64,000 nucleotides of DNA, taken from Azolla caroliniana. Its lineage: Eukaryota; Plantae; Polypodiophyta. Location of the stretch: positions 19,716,001 to 19,780,000 of the forward strand of contig JBHGNT010000002.1 in the NCBI GenBank assembly GCA_043228905.1, written 5' to 3'. The notes under the pieces are model-generated. The model worked only from the letters and a program-made list of their open reading frames with translations, did not search any database and was not told the DNA's origin. Both the position numbers and the translations under genes were made by a program. Position 1 is the stretch's first letter, and every line of letters starts with the position of its first letter. This document shows positions 12,449 to 27,415 of the stretch, in pieces.

Positions 12449-15400
12449 TGACAGGAACTACATGCTCCCTTTGAACAACGCGCGGCCACAACCGAGCCTA
12501 GAATAAAACACAGAAAACAGGGAATGAAACACAACACGATAGAGAGAAGAGTACACAGGATGTTTACGTGGAAAACCCAAACTCGGGAAAAACCACGACA
12601 GCCCACAGACCGCAAACTATCACTATGTCAGAATGTACAATAAGAAAGCATCGAGGACACGACCTCGAGCTTGCTATCTTTGCCACAGGCGGTGGTTACA
12701 ATCAGAGGCAACGACCTCTTCCTCTCTCTCACTCTCTCTGTACACAGTTGCGTGCTCTAAACTTGCGCCAACAAGAATGACAACAAACTATAATTATAAG
12801 CAAAGTTTTCCCTAAGTCATATTTATACTAATATGACTTTTCGGCTATTTACAAATATAGCCACGATGGACTCTCAGAAACATATTTACGAATATGTCTC
12901 TTCATCCGGTGAGCACTCCTCACCGGGCCTGCATCATCCGACGCTTGCCGGGTACTCGTCATCCGGTTCTCACCGGGCCTGCATCATCCGGCGCTTGCTG
13001 GGTACTCGTCATCCGGTTCTCACCGGGTCTGCATCATCCGGCTCTCCGTAGCCGAGTACTCATCATCCGGTTCTCACCGGGTCTGCACCATCCGGCTCTC
13101 CATAGCCGGGCACTCGTCATCCGGTTTCAGCCTCGGCCGAGTTTGCTCATCAGTACTGTTCTTCTCACTTCCCATCCGGAGGGACCTGTTTCCTAACAAA
13201 CTCCCCCTTCACTCCAGCATGGGATGTCTTACTAGTCCGACTCGCTTCCGACATGCATCCAGCTTGTCGGGTATCAGTACTTTGGTGAGCATATCTGACC
13301 CGTTCTCGGCCTTGTGGATCTTCATCAGCGCGAACTCTTGGTCATCTACTCTTTCCCGGATCCAGTGATACCTTCGCTGGATATGCTTTGTCTAGGAATG
13401 GTAGGCCGCATTCTTAGCAAGGTGGATGGCACTTTGACTGTCGCAATAGAGCCAGTATTCATCTTGCCGGATACCGAGCTCTCCGATGAAGTCCTTCATC
13501 CATAATATTTCCTTGCCGGCTTCCACAACCGCCATGTACTCCACCTCCGTGGTTGACAAGGCAACCGTCTTCTGTAGCCTCGACTGCCACGAAACAACTC
13601 CCCCTACATATGTCATTACATACCCGGATGTAGACCGACTGGTATCCACATCAGCCGACATATCCGAATCGGTAAAACCATCAAGTTGAGGTTTTCCGGA
13701 GCCAAATCAGAGACACATATTTGAAGTGCCTTTCAAGTACCGGAGTATCCATTTGACCGCGTTCCAATGCTCCTTGCCGGGATTGCTCATAAACCGGCTC
13801 ACCACTCCAACTGCGTATCCTATATCCGGTCGGGTACACACCATTGCGTACATTAAGCGCCCGACAGCAGAGGCATATGGAACCTTCATCATATCCGCCT
13901 TCTCTGCTTTCGTCTTCGGGCTTTGCTTACCGGATAACCTGTAGTTTGTCGGAAGTGTCGATCCGAACGGTTTCACATCTGACATGTTGAACTGCTGAAG
14001 CACCTTTGTCACGTATTTCTCTTGTGATAGCCACAATTGCTTCTTTGACCGGTCCCGGATGATGTGCATCCCCAACATCTGTCTTGCCGAACCCAAGTCT
14101 TTCATTGAGAAGGTCCGGTTGAGAGCCTTCTTCAGCATCCGTATTTGGCCTTGGTCCCGTTCGACGATCAACATGTTGTCCACGTACAGAAGGAGTATCA
14201 GGAAATCGCCTCCTTCGAACTTCTTCACAAACATGCAGTGATCGGCCTGTGTCTTGTGGTACCCTTGATCTGTCATGAAGGACTCGAACTTCCAGTACCA
14301 TTGTCGGGGATCCTACTTCAGTCCGTACAAGCTCTTCTTCAACCGGCATACCAATTGCTCCTTCCCTTTCACCACGAATCCTTCCGGTTGCAGCATGTAG
14401 ATCTCTTCTTCGAGGTCACCGTGAAGGAATGCCGTCTTCACGTCTAGCTGCTCTACCTCGAGGTCCATGCTTGTCGCTATACTCAGCACCGTTCGGATGG
14501 AGGTCATCTTTACTACCGGGGCAAATATCTCGTCGAAGTCCACGCCCTTCTTCTGCTGGAACCCCTTCACCACGATCCTGGCTTTGTATCTCAGGGGGTT
14601 GCCGACATCTCCCGGTTTCAACTTGTACACCCACTTGTTTCGGAGTGCCCTCTTTCCTTTCGGCAACTCCACCAATTCATACATATGGTTCTCATGCAGG
14701 GAATCCATCTCATCCTGCATGGCACTTAACCATTTTTGGCTATGGGCGTCACTTTTAGCTTCCTCAAAGCTTTCTGGCTCCCCCTCATCAGTTAGCAGCA
14801 CATGCTCTGCATCCGGAAATCTCCGGGGGGGCCTTCTCTCTCTGAGAGGATATCTCCGTCTCTGGGCTTCGGTAACCGACTCCTCCATTTGCTCTTCATC
14901 CGAATCCCATTCGGGGTCTTGGCCTGTTCCGGTTTCGGCTTCCTCTACTTCTTCTTCTGCCGGTTCGGTATCCTCACCATAACCAGCTGGTTCCTCAAGT
15001 GCTAACCGGTCTCTTGCCGGTTGGGTCTGCTCATTGTAGAATCGATCCTTACTGGTCGACTCGGAGTTCATTATCTTCTTCTCCGACTCCCAATCGGCGA
15101 GCGTCTTGTCCTCCATGAAGATAATATCTCGACTTCGGAATACCTTCTTGTCGACCGGGTCCCACACTCGGTAGCCGAACTCATCGTCGCCGTAACCGAG
15201 GAATATGCATGGCCGGGTCTTTGGATCTAACTTTCCTCTCCGGTCCTTAGCTACATGCACGTACGCGAGACACCCGAATACCTTCAGATGCCGGTAGGAC
15301 ACTTCCTTACCGGTCCAGACTCTCTGTGGCGTGTCTTCGTCCAAGGGTACTGAGGGTGATCTGTTTATCACATATGTTGCCGTCGACAGTGCCTCAACCC

Positions 15401-17983
15401 AAAATTCTTTGGTAGTTTTGTATGCACCAACATACTCTGTACCCTCTCCATTATGGTCCGGTTCATCCTCTCGGCCAACCCGTTTAGTTTCGGCGTCTTC
15501 GGCACGGTAAATTCGAGCCGGATTCCCTTCGAGTGATAGTACTCCTCGAACTGCCCCCAGTATTCACCTCCGTTATCTTCTCGAACTGCCTTCAGCTTCC
15601 TGTCAATTTCTCTTTCCACTCTTGCGTGGAGCTCTTTGAAGACGGATAACACCTGATCCTTCATCTTCAACGGTGTGGCCCACAGTTTCCGGCTGTGGTC
15701 ATCTATGAACGTCACGAAGTACTGCGCTCCGGCATGTGACTTCTTGTCCACTTGATACACATCAGTATGCACCAACTCCAGTGGTGCATTACGTCTCATC
15801 GGTGGCCTTGGTCGAAAGGAGGTCCGGTTTTGCTTACCGGCCAGACAATCAGTGCACTTCTCCAAGTGTACGTTCTTCACTGGAATTAGGTTGTCATCTG
15901 CAAGCCTCTTCATCCCCTTCTCGCTCATGTGACACAACCTTTTGTGCCACAGCTCACCGGCAGTGTCAGATGCCACGTTCACTTCCTCCGGACATAACCG
16001 GGCATTCATCAGGTACAACGTGTTTACCTTCCGTGCCCGAGCCACAATCAGGCTCCCTTTGCTGAACTTCATAACACCGTTCCGGATGCTACCCGTGTAG
16101 CCTTCATCATCTAGTCGATCAATTGATATCAGGTTCAGACGAACCTCCGGAACGTGTCAGACATCCTTCAACAACATCTTGCATCCGGTTGGTGTTGTCA
16201 ACCACACGTCTCCTATGCCGACAATTCGGCATGTACCTTCATTCCCCATCCGGACACAGCCGTGATCATCGATTGAGTAGGATGAGAAGCATTTCCGGTC
16301 CGGGGTAAGGTGGAACGACACTCCGGAGTCGACCACCTAGGTCATCTCGTCGCCGGCAAGGTTTATCTCACTCTCCTCGGTGATGAGCATCAACTCTTCT
16401 TCACTTGCCGCGATTGCCGTCGTTCCCTTCTGGTTCGTCCCCCTCCGGTCTTTACTGTTCCGGTCCGGTGTCCGCTTTGAATCAGTACCGTCGGTTTCCT
16501 TGTCTTTACGGAAATGCCGATAGTTCTTCTGGAAGTGTCCCAGCTTGCCGCAATAGAAGCAAGTAGGCCTCCCCCTTGACTTTGACCGTGTCCCCGACTT
16601 TTCCCGGTTTTGGGGACTATGGTTTCTTTGGCTTCCGCATTCCGATTCGGTAAGGAGCGCTTTGGAGTCGGAGCTCGTATCCTTATCTTTCTGACGCGCC
16701 TCCTCATCTTGCAAGATCGACTTCACTCTTGATAGGGATAACCGTCCCTTCCGGTCCGGCGTTGCCCAAAGTGACAACCAACGTCTCCCAGCTATCCAGG
16801 AGGGAACCGAGCAGGAGTAGTGCTAGTACCTCATCGGCGAGAGGTACTTCCAATGATGTTGGCTAGTGTATCAGCCCCTGGAAGGCATTCATGTGCTCCG
16901 CCATGCTGGAGCCATCTTGGTACCGAAGTCTTACTAGCTTCCGGAATACCGAAACCTGATTAACAACATTTTTGTTTTGAAACATAATGCCGATCTTCTC
17001 CCAGAGCTCATGAGCCTTGCTCTCTTCATTGAAGTTGTTGTATAGGCTCATGTCGATGAAGCACCGTATGTACGCCGTTGTCTTCATGTGCATCACCTCC
17101 CATATCGTGGTGTCGATTTTGTCCGGTTTCTTATCCCCGAACTGAACCGGCAACCAAAGATCTTTAACCACGATCATGTCCCTCATCTTCGACTTCCACA
17201 CCGAATAGTTGGAGCCGGTGAGCTTGAACATGCCTCCCAACGAATCGTCCATTTTCTGTGTTGTTTTGCTCTGATACCAGTTTGACAGGAACTACACGCT
17301 CCCTTTGAACAACGCTCGGCCACAACCGAGCCTAGAATAAAATACAAAAAACAGGGAATGAAACACAACACGATAGAGAGAAGAGTACACAGGATTTTTA
17401 CGTGGAAAACCCAAACTCGGGAAAAACCACGACAGCCCCACAGACCGCAAACTATCACTATGTCAGAATGTACAATAAGAAAGCACCGAGGCCACGACCT
17501 CGAGCTTGCTATCTTCGCCACAGGCGGCGGCTACAATAAGAGGCAACGAACTCTTCCTCTCTCTCACTCTCTCTGTACACAGTTGCGCGCTCTAATCTTG
17601 CGCCAATAAGAATGACAACAAACTATCATTATAAACAAAGTTTACCCTAAGTCATATTTATACTAATATGACTTTTCGGCTATTTACAAATATAGCCACG
17701 ATGGACTCTCAGAAACATATTTACGAATATGTCTCTTCATCTGGTGAGCACTCCTCACCGGGCCTGCATCATCCGGCGCTTGCCGGGTACTCGTCATCCG
17801 GTTCTCACTGGGTTTGCATCATCCGGCTCTCCGTAGCCGGGTACTCGTCATCCGGTTCTCACCGGGTCTGCACCATCCGGCTCTCCGTAGCCGGGTACTC
17901 GTCATCCGGTTTCGGCCTCGGCCGAGATTGCTCATCAGTACTGTTCTTCTCACTTCCCATCCGGAGGGACCTGTTTCCTAACA
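12449..17983 (-). mobile_element. Ty1/copia (Tnt1-like) LTR retrotransposon C1, nested in the LARD-like element
   Basis: LTRs 12449-13198 and 17283-17983; TSD AAACC; PBS TGGTATCAGAGC (iMet) at 17268-17279; PPT GGAGTGAAGGGGGAG. Confidence 0.97.
13230..17252 (-). pseudogene. C1 gag-PR-INT-RT-RH polyprotein, with stops and frameshifts
   Basis: CFYCGKLGH knuckle, VVDSG, LWHKRLCH (GAG-pre-integrase), IDDHSR/DNGGEY, LDVKTAFLHG, LYVDN and ALSTTEVEY. Confidence 0.93.
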
Positions 17984-18671
17984 AAACCATCATAGCATTT
18001 TCTAGATTATCCTCAATATTACTCCTATCCTTCCCACACATACTCACAACATCAACATCATCATTAGACACGTCCCAAATAACATTTTCTAGATTTTCCT
18101 TACTTATACCCATGTGATCATTATGTAACCCCACATCATCATGTACATATTTTTGTAAAACGCCCTCATCATCACAAACCCCTATTCTATTTTCATAATG
18201 GATGCCCTCATGAATGTCACCATTTGATCTAGTGAAAGTCTTATAAAATCTATCCCGAAGAAATCCAATGCAACCTAAAACACACAATTCCTCTTCGTCA
18301 CTCTCACTCTCATCATTACCCTTATCATAACCATATCCACAGAAAGTGCACAACTTTTTATCATCATAACCCTCATTCTTCTTATGGCACTCATTCTCAC
18401 CCTCAATAATACACTCTTCCTTACTATCATCCAGCCCTAAATCATGCGTATCGTTATTATCATCACCGTCATTACATTTAAATGTAAAGTTTTCGTCTCT
18501 TCCTAACTTCTTCTCTTGTTCGTGGCTCTCATTAAACCTATCATACTTGCCATCAAAATCTAAACCATGAGAGTCTTGATCCCAACTACACTCACCGTCA
18601 TGACTTTCGTCGAGTGCTTTTGCATTAGCACAACCATGAAGAGCTCGACATTGATTCCTCTAGTGTTTGCA

Positions 18672-19406
18672 CTAATCTTTGTCACGATCATAACCTTGTA
18701 GATCTCGAGCACTCTTTGTGAGTTTGTAATGATCTTTGTCTTTGTCATAACTGTGTAGATCTTGATCTTTCTCCTCAAGCCCATGTTCTTTGTCACATGT
18801 CTCTTCATGACTGCATCCTTGAGTATCTTGGTCTTTCCCCTCGAATGCATGTTCTTCGTTCCATGTCTCTTCATTATCGCATCCTTCTCGATCTTCCCTC
18901 TTGAGTCCATGTTCTTCGTCACATCTCTCTTCAAGATTGCATCCTTGAGTATCTTGGTCCTTCCACTCCATCACACGTTCTTTGTCACATGTTTCTCCTT
19001 TGTCGAGTTTGCAACGATCCTCGTAACGACCATAGGCATGTCGATCTTGATCTCTCTCTTCAAAGCCTTGTTCTTCGTCACATGTCTCTTCACAACCGCA
19101 ACTACGTCGATTTCGATCATCTTCATCGTCATCACCGTCGAGCAAACCATAAAAAGGTTGAGGCCCGAATCTTGACGTCAGAACCGCTTCGTACCAATTC
19201 GGAATTTTTGGATATAGTCTTTCGACTTGCCTTGCCAACTTGAGATACTCCAACGCTCTATCCTTATCATCATGAAACATCATTTCGACGGCCTTCCTTA
19301 CAAATGGAAGCATCATGAGCCTCAAACCACCTTCTATTCCTATCGACTCCTCTAAATTGTATGCATCCAAGATCACATCCATCATTCGCGATGCCCCCAT
19401 TACCAC
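18672..19406 (-). CDS. Unknown ORF with D/E/C-rich ~21-aa repeats, immediately after the PBS of the LARD-like element
   Basis: 244-aa ORF with a ~90-aa non-repetitive N-terminus followed by repeats such as EETCDKEHGLEEKDQD; acidic coding-like sequence continues at 17990-18670 and 12053-12448. Confidence 0.5.
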   Translation of the reverse strand: MVMGASRMMDVILDAYNLEESIGIEGGLRLMMLPFVRKAVEMMFHDDKDRALEYLKLARQVERLYPKIPNWYEAVLTSRFGPQPFYGLLDGDDDEDDRNRRSCGCEETCDEEQGFEERDQDRHAYGRYEDRCKLDKGETCDKERVMEWKDQDTQGCNLEERCDEEHGLKREDREGCDNEETWNEEHAFEGKDQDTQGCSHEETCDKEHGLEEKDQDLHSYDKDKDHYKLTKSARDLQGYDRDKD

Positions 19407-21242
19407 ATTGTGTTGTTCGCGTCGGGTTCACCAAATAGATGTCGTGTGGCACGTAACACACGTGCCAAACGTCGGGATGTGCGCGTCACAAGCACGGACA
19501 AGCACCAGGCCTCTATCTGCTAGTGGTTATGGAGGATTGACGATGGGATTTCTGTGCCTACGGGTTGGTCGAATGGAACCACCAAGGTCTTTGACCGGGG
19601 AGAACGAATCGGGTGAGTTGTGCCTGTAAGGAATTGGCCATTTAGGCTTATCGTCGAGTCTTCCTTTGTTGTCGAAGATGCGCCTGAACCCGACTCAACG
19701 GTGCGGTGGATTGACGAGTAGGCAACTGAAGTAACACACTAATGTGGTTGAGAGTGTGTGAGAGAGAGAAACGAAAATTGAGGAAGTGTTTAAGATAGAT
19801 AGACGGATTGAAATTCCAATTCTAGGTTTGAACCCTTGACTTTAATTTAGAGAAACAAGACACATCACCAATAAGATAACTAGGTTTCCTCATTAAGATA
19901 TCTTGATTTAATCCATAACTTGCTTGATACATAGCTTGCTTGATTCATCGATCAATTCCCACTTATATAGATGCCCCCATGCATATGTGCATGTGAGGGT
20001 GTAAGACATGCATACAATGCATGAAATGCATGCTATGCATGATTGCCATTTGGCACTCATGCATCACATGTGATGCATGATGACCATGTACCTCATCCAA
20101 GCTCTCATGTATGAGCATTCATATGTGAAAAACATAATGATAATCTATAGAAATAACTTAGCCTAATGGCAAGTCTGTTGTCTTCTATCTTGGAGGTGCA
20201 AGGTTCAATACTTGCATCCCTTCGAATGCTTGAAAATGAAAAATAGGCTTTAGGTGTTCTCAGAACATTTATATTTACAACATGCTAACGTATGAGTGTA
20301 ACCATCACCCCTTTCATTCGTGTGCACATTACACCTTCTAGATTCCACGCAATTGTTGCCAAAAATCTTGACGACAGCGTTTAAGGCAACAATTGTCTCA
20401 TTGTTTCCAAAGACTCCATTTTGATAAGTACTTTTGAATATTTGATCTTATTTCCAGAGTTGCCTTATAGTGCATCCAAATTCTAATTTGGGTAAGATTT
20501 TGGATATTATAGAAGAAATGGTTATATCATAACCACAAGATCTTCCATCCACTCATTTTTCATGAGCTCAATTTTTTCATGCACATACTAAGGTGATTTT
20601 CATGACAAATAAATTTTTTTCTTGGCTTTCATCTTGTCTTGAGATTTCCCACAAGTAATATAAATAGTTACTATTTTTTTATGTGTGTGCATATAAGAGG
20701 AGAGATTGACAGAATACATAAGGTTATCAATTAATAAAATGGGGGATGATTATACAATCCTAAAACTAATCAACTATGCAACTTATCATATAATGAAAAC
20801 CTAATGTATGCTTAATACACGAAGGGGGTTACTTTACACATTCTAAACTAATTTCACCTAGTGGGAGAAGTTGTGGGAATATCATAAGTGTATCCGCTGC
20901 ACCTTAACACAACAAAATACCCTCTTAGAATAATAATGAGGGTGCACTTTCCACATACAAAGTGTGTGGTTGGTGAAGCTTGACATATAAATAGTAAAGG
21001 CACTAGCTCCTAAGGCAAGGATGTACTTGAAAGGGCAATAGGATTTTCATGATAAAAGGTTGCAATATAAGCATGTGGAAGGTTGTAGTGATTTAGGCAT
21101 GCAAGGAATGACAATCTTGGATGAATGGTAGGTATGTAAGGAATGTGTATGCAACACATCCTCAATCACCCACTCAACGAGACACACCCCAGATAGATAG
21201 ATAGATTTTGTTATCATCTTTGGATGTGAGGTCACACACACT

Positions 21243-21352
21243 CACATACATGAAAGTTCTTGAACGTCAAGAATCGCTATTCACTTTCACATGTATTACG
21301 TGAAATGTAATATTTTTGGTCTCATAGATCATATTTGACCTCCGGTGACGAT
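21243..21352 (+). mobile_element. 5'-truncated 3' end of a non-LTR retroelement (same family as 23245-23880)
   Basis: Reverse-complement match to 23245-23350; flanked by a repeated gatagatttt(g/a)ttatcatct. Confidence 0.6.
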
Positions 21353-22337
21353 AATAAAAATCTGTCTCTATGTGTGTGTGCGCGCATGCGTAAATAGATA
21401 GATTTTATTATCATCTAAAATATGACCTATGCTCTTATTTTTTATTCTATTATACATCTAAATAGTTTTGCCCATGAACTTACCTTTGCTAGAGAGAGAG
21501 AGAGCTTCAAGATTGAAGGTTAACATACATACATCACTTCTCATCTCATGTATATGGAGAAATTTAGATGATCTTGGTGGATAGGGGTGGTAGTACAACA
21601 TGATATGATTTTTTCATTGGTTAGATTATCCTATTTTTTGGGATGTGCTTAATTTAAAAATCCTAGATTGGATATTCACTTGAATCACAAATTGTTTTAT
21701 GTATAGGAAATCGCAAGGAGTGAGAATGACGAGTTGGCCTTACCATCGTGGCTAGGCCCACGAGTTGGTTCCTCTGGGCCCAAGGCCAGGGTTTGGATGA
21801 ATTACCGTGCAACGACAAGTTTCATCGTAGAGTGTTTTGGATTTTGTTAGAGTGGTATCCATTTCCTAAGAGGGAAAATACAAAGTCTTTGCAATTGGAG
21901 GTATTGACAACATCTCGTCTTTTCGGATTGGAGGATAAGCACTCCCATATACGCAAGTTTAATTGAATGACATGTTTGTTGATATTGTACAAGTTGCCAT
22001 GTTGGGAACCCAAAGAAAACTAATCGCTTCTCGAACAACTAGGACAAGGTTTCACGTTCCTAGAATTATCATGCTATATGGTCTTAGTTGCCAGAATGCC
22101 ATTTTTGGAATATCCAATTCCAAATTTGAATATGGTTACACATGAGGTAGATTGGAGATTTGCAAGTCATAAAAGCCTTGCCAATGTAAAAACAAATGAT
22201 GTATACCATAAACTAATTGATAGGTATGCATGGATGGTAGAATCAGGAATAACAATATCCAATAAGGTGGAGGCAAAGTGTGGTGCAAAGTGTCATGGTG
22301 GGTGGATTTTGTAAATTAATACACGAGTATTGCTCTT

Positions 22338-23110
<773 letters not shown>

Positions 23111-23186
23111 GTAATTGAGTTTCGAACCTAAGACATAGTGCTTGTAGTGTTATCGACTTACCATTAGGGTAAGCTAATTATAATAA

Positions 23187-23221
<35 letters not shown>

Positions 23222-23244
23222 GTGAGTGAGTGAGAGAGAGAGAG

Positions 23245-23880
23245 ATATTGTCTTTGGAGGTCAAATATGACTTATGAGACCAAAAATATTACATTTCACG
23301 TGATACATGTGAAAGTGAGTAGTGATTCTCGATGTTCTAGAACTTTACCAATGAATGTTGCAATCGAGAGTGTGCACATTGTGGTTGTGAGAGAAATTCG
23401 TGCAAGGATTGGGCTTGGTCGAAGATGTTTGGAAAGCAAGGTCGAATATGATCAAAGGTAGAGCATTGTATCAAAGTGTGATACTCAGACTCTCGAACTT
23501 GTTTCGGGCAAAATGTGCATAGTCGACCACGCTCATCACTTCTGCCCCAACACCCCATCTCACATCGCAATGCATGTGAGCTAAGTTGCATGGAAGCAAT
23601 GGTGTGAATGGAAGCCAATGAAATTGGCTCTAACATGTATTGATGTGTACGGTTTCCCTGTTCCGCAAAGAATATGTTTTTGTAGTTAGGTGCAACATGT
23701 GTAGTATAATGTGTGAAGCACGAGCCTCCACATTTTTCCCATGTCATGATGCATTGGCGTTGCAAAAAGGCCTCATTTACAAAGGAATCTAGTGATGCAT
23801 CATGAAGTAAATGTGTTGCATGCCATCTACCAAACCACATTTTCATATCTTGCATCCAACTCACAAAATTTTGTTTTTAT
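23245..23880 (-). mobile_element. Non-LTR retrotransposon 3' fragment (ORF2 C-terminal zinc finger) ending in a (TC)n tract
   Basis: LSSHALRCEMGCW..RLCTFC..ESEYHTLIQC, a CCHC-type motif typical of LINE ORF2 C-termini. Confidence 0.75.
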
Positions 23881-26617
23881 GCCTTCAACCGGATGAGTAA
23901 CATGGGTGTGTAGAGAGAGAGAGGATGATTTAAGGGACATTTGGAGAGAAGATTGAGAAAAAGCAAGAGTGGAGAGGGGAAGAAGAAGAAGCAAATTTGT
24001 TTTTATTGTTGCGCTCTCTATTGGCAACAGAATTGGGCACAAAGAAAAGCGTTGGAAAGCCCTCTGTTAGAGTGTCGTAACAAGATATAACTAGTTTAAT
24101 TTGGTGATATGTACTAGAAGCAACGATTGAAAGTAGGAATCGTGTGTTGTCGGCATACACATACTCAACACGCATTGCAGACCTCCTATTGTCTTCTTCA
24201 TCTTCGATCTCTTCAATCAAGTGAGTTTTGGTTTTCTCTCTTGTTCATGGAAAATTATTTTGATCCTAGATCGATATCACATCAAGAATAATGGATATAA
24301 ACATGGATTCCTCACAAATTGTGGGGGACATCAATATAGGATTCATTGATCTAATAAAAAGTAATGTGAATCATGGTTGAATGTAATCGTGAAATGGAAG
24401 AATTTGGAAGCTCTAAGAGATTTACAGGTTTTGAGGAAGTTAATGAGAAGAAATTAACGTATGCTGAGGCAATACATGTAGATGAAGTTGACAAGGATCA
24501 TCCTAATTGGGATAGTTTATGGGGAATTGCGAATACCTTGTTGTTTGATATTGTGGAAGAAAATGAAAATGCAGCAAAAGAATGCATCGATGAGAATGTG
24601 CATGATGTGGAAGTTGATGCTAAGGCAATGTTGCAATCTTTTCATGTATTCTATGATCGTGTGGTTATATTATTTTTTACGGGGAAACTCCCATATATAA
24701 ATTGGATTAAACAGTGGTTGAATACAATCATGTCATCGAATTGTGTTGAGGATATATTTGCAGGACCACGAGGGTTTTATGATGTAGTATTTCGTTCCCT
24801 TGAACATCGAAGTGCATTGTTGGCTAAAGTTCAAGTGTTTTTTTTATAAACGATTAGTGCATGTAATGCAATGGTCCCCTATAGTGGACTATCATGCTTT
24901 GTTGAAAGAAGAATGCCGGGTTTGGGTAGTAGTGGATTGTAAGCATGCGTTTTTATGGTCACTTTTACCAAAGTTGATGAGTCAAATGGGTAAAGTGTTG
25001 GTATTTCCACATGCAAATGCTACAAGTGCAAATTTTGTGTGTTATGGGATACTAGTTGTAAGAGGCTAGGATGGGTGCATATGAACACATCTTGTATTAA
25101 AAGACTTTATTTTAAATTGAACTTCAACTTTAGAGGTTCCTAAGGAAAGGAATGGTAAGGAAGGACTTGGGAGAGATGTTGGTGTGTCAAATATTCTGGT
25201 TGTTATGGATGAAGTAACATCATCTAAAGTAGGTTATAAAGAGATCTCACTTCAAGGTTTGGGCCCTAAGAATAAGGGAACTCAATCTATAAATATGGAA
25301 AAAAAGTTTAGTAGTTATAGAAAAGGGAGGAAAACCATTGGATAGAACTAGTAGTGATGTAATTGTTGTTGATAAATATTGGCATCAAGTTAAGGGCAAG
25401 TCGAAGGGGAAATCAATGAATATGCAATGTAATAGTTTGCTCACTACTCGTGAGACTACTTAGTAAGGTAATTCAGGAACTAGGGAGGGTCCTCGAAAAG
25501 TTCATTGACAACGACAAGTTAGGGATAAGGGATTACCCCTTCACCTTCAATTTGATTCATTGGGACAAGTTGTAAATTCATTGAATTCTTGAGGTTTTCG
25601 TCAAGTAGGAGGACCTAAACAAAAGATTTCAATAGAAAACCCTAAGGATGTGGTGCATGAAAATCCATAAGTAGCATTGGAACATGCTTTGACTAGTTTC
25701 ATGACATCAGTTGCTCTAAAGGATCAAGTGCACCCATAACATTGTTGATTGAATGAAAGTGGTAACATGGAATGTGAGAGGGGCATGTTCTCCTCATAAG
25801 AAGTATATATCATGGGAAACTTTGTTAAGTAAAGAATGGGATCTATTATGCGCAGTTGAGCATAAGTGTCATGAGTTAGCAAGATCCACAATTTATTTGT
25901 GTGGATATTCAGCATTCTATGCATGACATCTTAATAATCATTATTCATGTGTGGTATTAATCGTGCGGGATCCTTATGGTCGGTTTTTTGTTTTAGAAGT
26001 CTTTTTTTTTGGCAAGGTTGTGTGGGTGGTTGGGATTTATGCCCTGAACGAAGCCACTCAACGTATTGTGTTATGGGGCTCACTCCTTTAAACCCTATAT
26101 GTGGGCCATCCAAGATTACTTATGGGTGATTTTAACATGTGTGTTGATGGATCTCAATCTACGTCTAAACATTTAATCATGGGTGATCCTGAGCAACTTG
26201 CCTCTGATTCATTGGCAATGGAGGTTCTAAAGTTGGATGTTTGGACATAGTCGCATGGGAATGATCCAGGTTTAACTTTCCAATCCGCTCAACATAGACA
26301 AACATGGAGTCGGTTAGATAGAATGTATGTGATGCACGATGATTCTTTTTTGCCCACATCACTTTGTATGACAGTTCTACAAAATGTAGGAACTTCATAT
26401 CACTTTCCTATTTGTTCAGAGGTTTGTGGTCATGCAATTGACATATATAAATCCTTACTTGGAAAACCTCCATTACTCTTTAACTCTTCTCTTTTGCTTC
26501 AACCTCACTTTAATTCTCTCATGGAGAAAATTTTGGTAAATATTTCACAAGTGAATCTTAAAGGAGTTAAAGCATGGGATATCACATTATGAAACATTAA
26601 CATCATTCTTCATACGT

Positions 26618-27415
26618 TGTCGTAGTGTATTTCATACACTACATGAAAAATGTATAAAGTACCCGATTTAATAAATATGAAGAAAACGACGAAAATATCA
26701 AAATATATATTACATGCATAAGTCAATATTTGAACCTTATACCTCCATGTTAATAATTTAAAGGTTTACCATTACACTAACACATCATGAATGTTAGAAA
26801 AATAAATATGCCACATAGAAATCTTATTTCACGTATATTTTCTAGGAAAAAACTTTAGTTAGAACTTAGAAGAAAAACGCATGATAGAAAAAAGCTACAC
26901 ATGCACATTTTACGTGCATGAACACTATAGTCGATAAAAATGCATGAGGTTAGAAAAAAAAGAGCATGATCACTTTTAGAAGAAGCATGTTAAAGAAAGC
27001 ATATAGTCTATAGTTAGAGAAAAAACATGGATTGTTAAGACTCTTTCATCACTATATAAGGATGGGGAGCACAATGAAATGTGTGTGAATGTTTTTGGAA
27101 ATTGGATATATTCTAAAAACACAAATTAATAAATTATATCTGTGGGATTCACGAAATAAACTATACTCGTGGAATTCATGAGGTTTCTATATCTGTCTCT
27201 TTCAATCCAAATTCATATTCTTATCTTAATACTGATTAATCTAATAAAATACATTATACTCGTGGGATTCACGAGGTTTTTATATCTCTTTCTTATAATC
27301 TATTCATATTCATAACTAAATTAGCCTCAAATTCTTCCTCCTCTTAGGACCTAGTCCAAAACCCCAGTGGTTCCCACCCGACTCACGCAACGATCCGGCG
27401 CAGAAAGGCACGACA
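26618..27415 (+). mobile_element. Solo LTR (TGTCGTAG...GCACGACA family)
   Basis: Homologous to 33402-34039; TATA ctatataaggatgggg; left flank ACGT, right flank TCAT (decayed TSD). Confidence 0.85.

Larger units (their letters stand above)
10757..20376 (-). mobile_element. Non-autonomous (LARD-like) gypsy-derived LTR element with tRNA-Trp PBS
   Basis: LTRs 10757-11701 and 19440-20376; 4-bp TSD GCGT; PBS TGGTGAACCCGACG (19420-19433); PPT GGTTTGGTGGGGGTGGA identical to that of G3; no RT or RH, only an integrase C-terminal remnant (NQHRTTIKFARRWFG, 11802-12056). Confidence 0.9.

Noticed and set aside
12900-13130. CRISPR-like repeat array
   Set aside because: Tandem repeats lack unique spacers, lie inside copia LTRs, and have no cas genes nearby; eukaryotic context
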